Assembly (NCBI GenBank): GCA_963932905.1
Contig: CAWVRN010000006.1
Span: 64,001-128,000 of the forward strand
From: an uncultured Bdellovibrio sp.
GTDB taxonomy: Bacteria > Bdellovibrionota > Bdellovibrionia > Bdellovibrionales > Bdellovibrionaceae
DNA: 64,000 bases
Reading direction: 5' to 3'
The notes below the pieces were generated by a model, which was not told where the DNA came from, ran no database searches, and saw nothing but the letters and a program-made list of their open reading frames with translations. The translations under genes were made by a program, and so were the position numbers. Of this stretch, positions 18,700 to 27,134 are shown piece after piece. Every line of letters begins with the position of its first letter. Position 1 is the first letter of the stretch.

Positions 18700-19715
18700 G
18701 CACAAACAAAGTTGGCTTAGAGAAAAAAGACTACGCGGGTGGACCATCAACGTTGTGTACCGGTTGTGGCCATGATTCTATTTCAGCCCATATCATGTCG
18801 GCGACATTCCTAAACGGAACACATCCTTACGACATCGCAAAAATGTCGGGCATCGGTTGCAGTTCAAAAACTCCTGCTTACTACATTTCAAAATCATTCG
18901 GTTTTAATTCTATGCACGGTCGCATGGCTCCAATTTCTACAGGTGCCAAAGTTGTTAACGGCCAAATGAAATTGATCGGTATGAGTGGTGATGGCGACAC
19001 GGCCAGCATTGGCCTGGGCGGATTTGCTCATTTACTTCGTCGTAACGTGGAAATGTGCTACCTAGTAGCCAACAACGGAGTTTACGGATTAACAAAAGGT
19101 CAATTCAGCGCCACTGCGGACAAAGGTGCTAGGCAAAAGAATGGCGCCTACAACCCGTTTGATACTATCGACATATGCTCACTAGCTTTAGATTTAGGTT
19201 GCACTTTCGTAGCCCGTTCGTTTTCGGGTGACGCGAAACAGTTAGTTCCGTTGCTACAGGCAGCAATGAAACACAAAGGCACTGCCGTTATCGATATCAT
19301 TTCACCGTGCATTACGTTTAACAATCACGACGGTTCAACAAAAAGTTACACGTACGTACGTGAACATGATGTCAGCTTGCAAGAGCTTGGTATCATTCAA
19401 CCCATGGATGAAATCAAAGTGGATTACGCGGAAGGCGAACGTCAAAATGTTCAATTGCCAGATGGATCAACACTGACACTGAAAAAATTAGGCAAACAAG
19501 ATTTAGACATTACAGATCGTTACGCGGCTATGCGCCTATTGAATGAAAGCAAGCAAACTAGCGAAATTCTAACTGGGTTATTTCACATCGATTCCAAATC
19601 AGAATCTTTGAACGAAACATTGAATTTGGTTGATGGATCTCTTGCATTCTTAAATGAAAATGATCTTCGCCCAACGAAGGCCCAATGGAACGAAATACTA
19701 GCGGACTTTGTTTAA
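18696..19715 (+). CDS. korB: 2-oxoacid:ferredoxin oxidoreductase beta subunit
   Basis: LCTGCGH, SGIGCS, HGR, GDGD, NNGVYGLTKGQ TPP motifs. Confidence 0.9.
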   Translation: MSTNKVGLEKKDYAGGPSTLCTGCGHDSISAHIMSATFLNGTHPYDIAKMSGIGCSSKTPAYYISKSFGFNSMHGRMAPISTGAKVVNGQMKLIGMSGDGDTASIGLGGFAHLLRRNVEMCYLVANNGVYGLTKGQFSATADKGARQKNGAYNPFDTIDICSLALDLGCTFVARSFSGDAKQLVPLLQAAMKHKGTAVIDIISPCITFNNHDGSTKSYTYVREHDVSLQELGIIQPMDEIKVDYAEGERQNVQLPDGSTLTLKKLGKQDLDITDRYAAMRLLNESKQTSEILTGLFHIDSKSESLNETLNLVDGSLAFLNENDLRPTKAQWNEILADFV

Positions 19716-19748
19716 CGTATTCATTTTTATAGAAAATAAATTTAAATA

Positions 19749-19788
19749 AAAAACTGATCGATGTAGAAATTCGTTTTGATCAGTTTTT
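19749..19788. terminator. AT-rich hairpin, possible bidirectional terminator
   Basis: aaaaactgatc...gatcagttttt between convergent genes. Confidence 0.5.
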
Positions 19789-19883
19789 ACGGCGCGCTAG
19801 GCTCGACGGTCCCATAACCCCCGCCCATTTCCCCGTGGCCGTTGTCGCTGATCGACCTTTCTTGACCCGATTGTGGCCAAAAA

Positions 19884-20846
19884 TCAATTCGCTTCATCAG
19901 GGAGGAAATCGACGCGAATGCCTTGTTCTGCTCCGGGTATCGCAGTTCCATTGAAACGTATCAAATTGGATTCCGCAACGTATGTCCAACCATCGACATC
20001 ACTCATTGGAACTTCGACGCCGCCAACGTACACACGAATGGTGTCGACTCTGGGTTTACGGTCTAATTTGTAATCTGTCAGGATTTGAATAATACGCGCT
20101 TTAATCGTTGAAACAGATCTATACAGATCGTTTCCACACAAGGAGCCACTGATACCGCCCGAATAGTTTACGACTTCCATAAACTTCACGCCAGGTTCTT
20201 TAAATCCCCACTCTGAACTACTACAGTTATCCTGTTGCGATAACACACCGAAAAAATTCATAGTCCAAGATTTAGTTCCATCTTCGTGGTTCGGTCTTAA
20301 TCTATCTAAAAAATTAGCGTAGTAGTTCCATGGTTTAGCACTTTTATCGTCTTCATTTGTCAAAACGATAATATTTAAGAAAGAATCATCACGAAGGAAT
20401 CCCTTACCTTCTGTTTTACGATAGGATTCCGAAAGAACGGCTTCAATAGCGCCTAGTCCTTCTTCTAAAGTCGAACCATTTTCACCAATAAAGATTTTTT
20501 TCTTCAATTCTTCAACGAAATTGGGTGTGTCCATTGTGATATACTTTGGTGTTCCCACCAACTTTCCACTTTCTGGAAAACTGCTTAACATTGTCATTGA
20601 TGTTGTCGCGATGTGAATATCCATATCAAGCTGCTTCAACGAATCAAATAAATAAGGGAGTTGGTCATGCAGTTGCTTTTGTACCAAATTCATTGACGAT
20701 CCATTATCGATAACAAAAAGGATATCGAGCTTGCGATTATATTTCACATCTTGTGCGAAATTTTGACTGGTTTCACCAACTCCAAATTCTACACCGTTTG
20801 AACAGCCGATTAGCAGTAGCATTGGCAATACAGACCAGATCTTCAT
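19884..20846 (-). CDS. vWA (MIDAS-type) domain lipoprotein
   Basis: Lipobox LLIGC; LDILFVIDNGSSM; FLR...IIVLTNEDD. Confidence 0.85.
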   Translation of the reverse strand: MKIWSVLPMLLLIGCSNGVEFGVGETSQNFAQDVKYNRKLDILFVIDNGSSMNLVQKQLHDQLPYLFDSLKQLDMDIHIATTSMTMLSSFPESGKLVGTPKYITMDTPNFVEELKKKIFIGENGSTLEEGLGAIEAVLSESYRKTEGKGFLRDDSFLNIIVLTNEDDKSAKPWNYYANFLDRLRPNHEDGTKSWTMNFFGVLSQQDNCSSSEWGFKEPGVKFMEVVNYSGGISGSLCGNDLYRSVSTIKARIIQILTDYKLDRKPRVDTIRVYVGGVEVPMSDVDGWTYVAESNLIRFNGTAIPGAEQGIRVDFLPDEAN

Positions 20847-21679
20847 GCAACCTTCTTACGCTGAATCATTTCTTTTTCAGCAAACTCTTGGATCTTTTGT
20901 TTTATGTTTTGGCTGATGCTGGTGAATTTCACTCCGTACTTAAACTCGTTAATTTTATTGATTGGATGTGAATGAAATTCCTTGCTGATAATGGTGCATA
21001 CCGCATTGAACGGCGGGACGCCGTCGCCCGGTTGAAAATGTAGAAATAAATTCTGACCCGGTGTGAATTGGTTTGTGTCAATAAAGACACCGGCACCACC
21101 AGAACTGATTTCTAAACTGCGACCTTTGAATATTTGTTTATTGTTATGAACAATCAAAGAACAACCATAGGTCACACGAACATTGCGACGACGGAAAAAA
21201 ATTTCAGAAATCGTCGGATCACCACTTTGAATTAATTTTTTCAAATTGGTCCTAGAAAAATCTTCGATTTCGGCAAGACGTTTCCAGCTTTCCATTTCCG
21301 GTTGCCACAAGAAATCATACTCATACAGGATTTTGGCCTGTAACATTTGAATGATTTCGACCTTTGAAAAAGGCCCATAGTTATTATTGTCTTTTAAAAC
21401 ATACCAAGCTTTCTCTTGAATAGAGTCAACAGAAGACACATCTGATTTCTTATCCAGCTTATTTAACGTAGGGTCATTAATAGAATGCTTTAATACACTT
21501 TCCGTAAAAAGCTTATTAAATGCCTTATGTTCGACTATGATTACCCAGTCTTTTTTGGCTTCATCGTATATATAGTCCATCCAACTGATTTCTTTGGATT
21601 TGATTTTTTTAATCACATCATCTTCAGAAAAAGGTCCGATCTGTTGATTATTCTTACTTACGTAATAGTTTTTAACCAT
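20843..21679 (-). CDS. Tandem GYF_2 domains plus a PilZ domain (c-di-GMP receptor)
   Basis: Two W/YYV....QIGPFS/NYGPFS...W repeats; PilZ RRxxR (RRNVR) and EISSGG. Confidence 0.85.
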   Translation of the reverse strand: MVKNYYVSKNNQQIGPFSEDDVIKKIKSKEISWMDYIYDEAKKDWVIIVEHKAFNKLFTESVLKHSINDPTLNKLDKKSDVSSVDSIQEKAWYVLKDNNNYGPFSKVEIIQMLQAKILYEYDFLWQPEMESWKRLAEIEDFSRTNLKKLIQSGDPTISEIFFRRRNVRVTYGCSLIVHNNKQIFKGRSLEISSGGAGVFIDTNQFTPGQNLFLHFQPGDGVPPFNAVCTIISKEFHSHPINKINEFKYGVKFTSISQNIKQKIQEFAEKEMIQRKKVA

Positions 21680-21705
21680 ATTTTTCCTTTTACTAGACTG
21701 AACTT

Positions 21706-21733
21706 TATTCGGGGATTAAAGCATCTAACTTTA
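21706..21733 (-). promoter_or_regulatory. Candidate sigma28 (FliA) promoter
   Basis: Minus strand TAAA-N16-CCCGAATA upstream of the GYF-PilZ gene. Confidence 0.5.
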
Positions 21734-21810
21734 TGCTAGCTGGACCTTTTTTCGAACTTTTTTTCACGTCCTTTTGTCGATTTTCTAGACAGTGTTCAAG
21801 AGAATTTAAT

Positions 21811-21837
21811 TTAGTTCGCTAGGAATCATACCGATAT
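21811..21837 (+). promoter_or_regulatory. Candidate sigma28 (FliA) promoter
   Basis: TTAG-N15-ACCGATAT ending 8 nt before ATG 21846. Confidence 0.45.
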
Positions 21838-21845
21838 CTTAGTGT

Positions 21846-22484
21846 ATGACAAAAGCGAAAAAAACCGTCGTAATTGTAGATGATGAAGTGGATTTGACCG
21901 AGCTGTTCAGCAGCCTTCTCGAAGACACGTATGATGTTATCGCATTTAATCGTCCCAATGATTTCATTGCCTATCTAAACGCGCATAAAGACGTACCTTT
22001 TGACGCACTCATTTCTGATTTCAATATGCCGCAAATGACTGGTTTAGACATGATTAAAAAGTGTTTTGAAAAGGGATATCATTTCCCGTTCATTCTTTTC
22101 TCTGCCTATTTAGAAAAAGAAGTTATTTTCAAAGCCCTTCAAATTGGTGCTTTTAGACTCTTAGAAAAACCATCGACAAAAGAAAAACTGGAAAAAGCGA
22201 TCGAAGATATTATCATCGAGCATGATAGTTCCAAACTACGTGGTGAAATTCGATCTACGATTGATCAACTACGTGAATACTACACGTTTCTTAAGGTGAT
22301 TCTAAACGATCGAATCCCTGCCAAAGAAATGGAAGAATTATTTTTGCAAACAGATCCGACGGGAAATGCTAGAACCTCGTCACCGGAAGAGATTCTAAAC
22401 AAGCTTGAAGAAAAGCTAGATATGCTTTTCTCCACCGAAGAGGATTTGGAAACGAGAAAAGGAAAATTCTTTAAATCAGCTTAG
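21846..22484 (+). CDS. Response regulator (REC domain plus helical tail)
   Basis: IVDDE, ISDFNMPQMTG, FSA, LEKP. Confidence 0.9.
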   Translation: MTKAKKTVVIVDDEVDLTELFSSLLEDTYDVIAFNRPNDFIAYLNAHKDVPFDALISDFNMPQMTGLDMIKKCFEKGYHFPFILFSAYLEKEVIFKALQIGAFRLLEKPSTKEKLEKAIEDIIIEHDSSKLRGEIRSTIDQLREYYTFLKVILNDRIPAKEMEELFLQTDPTGNARTSSPEEILNKLEEKLDMLFSTEEDLETRKGKFFKSA

Positions 22485-22865
22485 AGCCATACGCCATTCT
22501 GGCGTTGGTTCAATCAGTCGGCGTGTTTTCATATCAAATAATCCGAATATCACTCGCAATTCAGCCGCCTGAGTTCCATTGGTTTTATACATTTTTTGCA
22601 AAATTTCACCGATTCGTCCTTCATATTTCACAAGTTCAGATTTAATTGTAATTACGTCACGAGCTAAAACTTCTTTCATGAATTTCAAATTGACTTCCAA
22701 AAGTACCGGGCCTTGTTGAAGTTCTAACATTTTTTTCAAACCATAGCCTCGGGAGTGAATGATATCCCATCGAGCCAATTCGAATAATTCTAAATATACG
22801 GCATTGTTTAAGTGCCCTAGCATATCGACTTGAGTTTCTTTAATTGTAGTTTCAAAATTTATCAT
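22476..22865 (-). CDS. Acyl-CoA thioesterase (4HBT/YbgC family)
   Basis: VDMLGHLNNAVYLELFELAR. Confidence 0.9.
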   Translation of the reverse strand: MINFETTIKETQVDMLGHLNNAVYLELFELARWDIIHSRGYGLKKMLELQQGPVLLEVNLKFMKEVLARDVITIKSELVKYEGRIGEILQKMYKTNGTQAAELRVIFGLFDMKTRRLIEPTPEWRMALS

Positions 22866-22873
22866 ATTACTTC

Positions 22874-23902
22874 CTATTTTAAAGCTTCACGAATATACGC
22901 GCTTCCTTGATCTAACAACCCTACGACAACGGCGATTACGAAGAATATACAACCAACTTCTTCCCACATAGCTTGGCCCTGATAAGCAATTAATAATTTA
23001 CCAATACCACCACCGCCAACAAAACCAACTATAGTCGCCATACGCACATTGATATCCCAGCGGTAAACAGTAAACGAAATATACGGTAAAATTACCTGAG
23101 GAACGATCGCGTACCAAATAGTTTGCAATTCTGAAGCACCAGTCGCCTTGATACCTTCAATTGGACCATCGGACACAGTTTCTACAATCTCAGAATATTG
23201 TTTTGCTAGAGATGCGATTGAATGAATCATCAGCGCCAGCATACCCGCACTGGCACCAATCCCCACCCATACCGAAAAAATAATCGCCCACATGAACGCC
23301 TCAACGGAACGAATCACGTTTAGAAACGTTCTCAGCACAAGATAGATCAACACGGCTACAGGATGCTTCATGATGTTTTTAGCCGCTGCAAAACTAAGGA
23401 CAAAAGCAATGGGAATTGCGAACGCTGTTGCGATAAACGCCATAAAAATAGTCTCAAACATTTTCAGGATGGCACTCGGCAATAAATCAAAATTAGGATT
23501 TAATAATTTCGAGAAAATTCTCATCGCACCATCAAAACCATCTTTATCAAGAATTTTATAAATTGAAAATTCTGTCGCCTTCAGACCGGCACCGAACAAT
23601 AACAACATTAAAACCCATAATTGCCATTGACCAAACTGCCGATAGAATGGCTTTTCTTCCGACTGAATTTTCTTGTAGTCAGGTTCGAATAACGATTCGC
23701 CCAACGTTTTAATATTTTTACTATTTAAAAACTGACTTAAGACAGCGCCTAGGATTCCCATAGCCAAAACAATCAGGAAATTCAGGGATAGATTTAACCA
23801 TTGATCATCGGTAGGACTAAGAATGACGATCAGTACGATACTAAATATAAATCCGAAACAAATACTGTCAAAAATAAGTCGTTTAATTGCATGCGAGTTC
23901 AT
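22874..23902 (-). CDS. phnE: Phosphonate ABC transporter permease
   Basis: ETI.MA...RWDINVRMATIVGFVGGGGIG. Confidence 0.9.
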   Translation of the reverse strand: MNSHAIKRLIFDSICFGFIFSIVLIVILSPTDDQWLNLSLNFLIVLAMGILGAVLSQFLNSKNIKTLGESLFEPDYKKIQSEEKPFYRQFGQWQLWVLMLLLFGAGLKATEFSIYKILDKDGFDGAMRIFSKLLNPNFDLLPSAILKMFETIFMAFIATAFAIPIAFVLSFAAAKNIMKHPVAVLIYLVLRTFLNVIRSVEAFMWAIIFSVWVGIGASAGMLALMIHSIASLAKQYSEIVETVSDGPIEGIKATGASELQTIWYAIVPQVILPYISFTVYRWDINVRMATIVGFVGGGGIGKLLIAYQGQAMWEEVGCIFFVIAVVVGLLDQGSAYIREALK

Positions 23903-24672
23903 TAATTCACTCGCACTTCGCGAGCATCCTCGCCATAGATTTTATGAAACCATTCATCTGTAATATCATTTGGACTACCTTCGAACACCAGCCGCCCTTC
24001 CTTCAAAGCGATGACCCGAGTCGCATACTGACGGACTAGGCTTAAAAAATGTAAATTGCAAATGATTGTAATGCCCAAGTTCTGATTTGCTTTCTTTAAA
24101 TAGTCCATAACGATGTGACTTGTTGCCGGATCCAGTGATGCTACGGGTTCGTCGGCAAGCAACATACTGGGGTTTTGTGCCAACGCCCGCGCAATGGCGA
24201 CTCGTTGTTGCTGCCCACCTGATAATTGATCGGCGCGAATCCGTGCTTTGTCGCCAATGCCCACTAATTTTAAATATCTAAATGCATCGGCCTTATCTTT
24301 TTCCGAAAACATTCCAAAAATAGATTTCAAAATACCAGTTTGACCTAATCGCCCCATCAAAACGTTGGAAAGAACTGTATGGCGAGGAATCAAATTAAAG
24401 TGCTGGAAAATCATCCCTATTTTAGTTCGAATGGATTTCACAGCGTCACGATCAGCCCGAGCTATATTTTCACCTTCAAAAAAAATATCGCCTGACGATG
24501 GATCATGCAATCGATTGATACAACGAAGAAGTGTGGACTTTCCAGAACCACTTAGGCCTATCACCACAAGGAACTCGCCTTTCTTGACGTCGAAGGAAAT
24601 TCCTTTCAGTGCCTGTACTCCGTTAGGATATGTTTTAACTAGATTTTTTACAGACAGAATCGTGTCGGACAT
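23902..24672 (-). CDS. phnC: Phosphonate ABC transporter ATPase
   Basis: GLSGSGKS, LSGGQQQRVAIARAL, ADEPVASLDP, CNLH. Confidence 0.92.
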   Translation of the reverse strand: MSDTILSVKNLVKTYPNGVQALKGISFDVKKGEFLVVIGLSGSGKSTLLRCINRLHDPSSGDIFFEGENIARADRDAVKSIRTKIGMIFQHFNLIPRHTVLSNVLMGRLGQTGILKSIFGMFSEKDKADAFRYLKLVGIGDKARIRADQLSGGQQQRVAIARALAQNPSMLLADEPVASLDPATSHIVMDYLKKANQNLGITIICNLHFLSLVRQYATRVIALKEGRLVFEGSPNDITDEWFHKIYGEDAREVRVN

Positions 24673-25583
24673 TATTTACTCATCATTTCTTGGGCGGATT
24701 TTCCAATTTGCGTTAGCATTTTTCGAATCGGTTCGAATTCAGCATCATTTGTTAATCTCAAGTCTGTCACACCATAAATTTCTTTAAATGCTTTTTTCCC
24801 TTCAGCCGTTTTAATAAACTTCATCAAAGCTTCGATAACAACTTGTTTCATTTCCTCAGGCATGTCCTTGCGAAAAACAATAGGATCATTGGGGATAGGC
24901 TCTGACAACTCCAAAATTTTTACTTTTTTGGCGACATCAGGATACTGAGTTACTACCAATCGGCGCGCATCTTCTACCGTACCGTCGACAGCGGGAGGTG
25001 AATAAAACGTAGCACCAGCGTCGACTTCACCCAGGTATACTTTGGTAACTACCGCATCATGCTTCATTGTAAAAACAGTTTCTTTCGGATTGATATTGCG
25101 ATCTCGTAGAGTTTTCATCGGCAACAAATATCCCGATGTTGACGATGGATCTACGAAAGCAATTTTCTTTCCATCTAAGTCTTGCAATCTTTTGATTTTG
25201 CTATTGGTGGGAACGATGAACTGCGATTGATAGGTAGCAAGCCCATCTCTAAGAACGATCATCTTGGCTTCAGCTCCATATTTTTCATGGGCTAGCAAAT
25301 AACCAAATGAATTCAATGCCGCCACGTCGGCTTTTTTAGTCCCGAACGATTCAACTACTGCGATGTAAGATTGCAATACAACAAGTTCATATTTGTAAGG
25401 CGTATTGGCCTCAAGGAACACTTTAAATGCCTTTGAATTGCCTTCAATAACTTTGGCATCTAACGAAGGCAAAAAGTGAATTTTAACTGGATTATCTTTG
25501 GACCCAAGAGCCGCTTTGTTACTGGTGCATGCGACCGTACCAAGTACAACTAATGCTGTAGTTAGTATTTGTTTCACAAACAT
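24672..25583 (-). CDS. phnD: Phosphonate/phosphite ABC substrate-binding lipoprotein
   Basis: Lipobox TVAC; DPSSTSGYL, HD, IPND; start moved to ATG 25583. Confidence 0.88.
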   Translation of the reverse strand: MFVKQILTTALVVLGTVACTSNKAALGSKDNPVKIHFLPSLDAKVIEGNSKAFKVFLEANTPYKYELVVLQSYIAVVESFGTKKADVAALNSFGYLLAHEKYGAEAKMIVLRDGLATYQSQFIVPTNSKIKRLQDLDGKKIAFVDPSSTSGYLLPMKTLRDRNINPKETVFTMKHDAVVTKVYLGEVDAGATFYSPPAVDGTVEDARRLVVTQYPDVAKKVKILELSEPIPNDPIVFRKDMPEEMKQVVIEALMKFIKTAEGKKAFKEIYGVTDLRLTNDAEFEPIRKMLTQIGKSAQEMMSK

Positions 25584-25701
25584 GGTTCCACCATTCGTCC
25601 ACACATCATTGAGGACGCCCAAAACTAACAAAATTCGCTACAAAAATCCACACGATTTACGTTGCGTACAGCCTACCAAATGGTCTATTAAGTTAAAGAC
25701 T

Positions 25702-26463
25702 ATGAATCCATCGCAAAAAGGCACTACAAAAAATCACAAACCCAGTGATATTTTTAATAAAATCAAACACTTAGCTGTCGATAAGAAGGCTGACCCACTT
25801 ATTGTTTTTGATCTTGATTCTACACTGTTTGACGTGGCTCCACGATTGGAAAAAGTTCTCACTGACATCGCTCTGGAACCTGTGATGCAGGAAAAATTTC
25901 CGTCTGTGATCCCGCATTTCAAAAATATCAAAACTGAACGTCGTGATTGGGGCTTTGTCGAAGTTCTTCAACGTGCTGGCGTTGAACATGACAATCTAGA
26001 CTTATTCAAGACCGTGCGCCAACTTTGGGTCGAAAAATTTTTCTCGAATGAATATATTCACTACGATGTTCCCTACCAAGGCTCTGTCGAATTCGTACAG
26101 AAAATTGAAAAGTTGAATATCCCGATAGTGTATTTGACTGGCCGAGACGTGAAACGTATGGAACGCGGATCACGCGAAGTTCTATTGAAATGGAATTTTC
26201 CTCTGGATGATAAAATGAGCCAGCTTGTTTTAAAACCAGAACGTTCTATGGATGATGCGCTTTTCAAACGTGATTGGATCCATAGCTATATGTCTACATC
26301 CAAGTCACCGGTATTCTTGTTCGAAAACGAACCCGTGAATATCAATTTAATCGCCAAAGAATTACCGGACGTCGAATTGGTGTTTTTCGATAGCACTCAC
26401 TCGCGCAAAGAAACCCCACCCGAAGAAGTATTTACGCTTGTTCACTACTTAATGGAAGACTAA
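25702..26463 (+). CDS. HAD-superfamily hydrolase
   Basis: VFDLDSTLFD, YLTGR; start moved to ATG 25702 to avoid overlap with phnD. Confidence 0.8.
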   Translation: MNPSQKGTTKNHKPSDIFNKIKHLAVDKKADPLIVFDLDSTLFDVAPRLEKVLTDIALEPVMQEKFPSVIPHFKNIKTERRDWGFVEVLQRAGVEHDNLDLFKTVRQLWVEKFFSNEYIHYDVPYQGSVEFVQKIEKLNIPIVYLTGRDVKRMERGSREVLLKWNFPLDDKMSQLVLKPERSMDDALFKRDWIHSYMSTSKSPVFLFENEPVNINLIAKELPDVELVFFDSTHSRKETPPEEVFTLVHYLMED

Positions 26464-27131
26464 TGCTAACACTAGTTGCGACTCCTATCGGAGACTACGA
26501 TGAAATCACTCTCAAGGCATTGACTACATTGAAAGAAGCCGAAGTAATTATCTGTGAATCTACCAAAGAAACATCAAAACTTCTTCGCCATCATGGGATC
26601 TCTGGAAAAACATACGAAGTCTTAGACGAACACTTTCTTAAAGAAGACCTGCAACGTTTTACAGATCTTTGCCGTGACAAGAAAGTTGCTTTGGTCAGCG
26701 ATTGTGGAACTCCGGCATTTTGCGATCCCGGAAGTGATTTAGTCGACGCCTGTCGCAAAGAAGGTATCGAGATACGCAATTGCCTTGGGGCATCCAGCTT
26801 GATGGGACTAGTCAGTTTATCGGGAATTAAATTACACGAATTTTTGTTTCGCGGTTTTGTTCCGCAAGAGACGGGCGCACGTAACGAAGCCTATAGAAAT
26901 CTACAGTCCGAAATGAAACTGAACAAACGTGCTGTTGTCTTGATGGATACACCTTATCGTTTGCAAAAAATGGTTTCCGAGCTGGAATCATTTTTTGGTG
27001 ATCACTTTATCGTACTGGTTACTGATTTGGGCACACCAGAAGAGCAAGTATTAACCGGCGTTCCGGCCGCGGTCAGAAACAAACTGACCAAAACAAAAGC
27101 TGAATTTATGATTTTGGTGAAGCCGAAATAA
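26463..27131 (+). CDS. rsmI: RsmI-like 16S rRNA 2'-O-methyltransferase (tetrapyrrole methylase family)
   Basis: LVATPIG..EIT, LVSDCGTPAFCDPG, GAS. Confidence 0.8.
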   Translation: MLTLVATPIGDYDEITLKALTTLKEAEVIICESTKETSKLLRHHGISGKTYEVLDEHFLKEDLQRFTDLCRDKKVALVSDCGTPAFCDPGSDLVDACRKEGIEIRNCLGASSLMGLVSLSGIKLHEFLFRGFVPQETGARNEAYRNLQSEMKLNKRAVVLMDTPYRLQKMVSELESFFGDHFIVLVTDLGTPEEQVLTGVPAAVRNKLTKTKAEFMILVKPK

Positions 27132-27134
27132 CCT

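Noticed and set aside
25498..25701. N-terminal extensions of the HAD and phnD ORFs given in the ORF track
   Set aside because: They would overlap head-to-head; downstream ATGs (25702 and 25583) give a normal divergent spacer and a proper lipoprotein signal.
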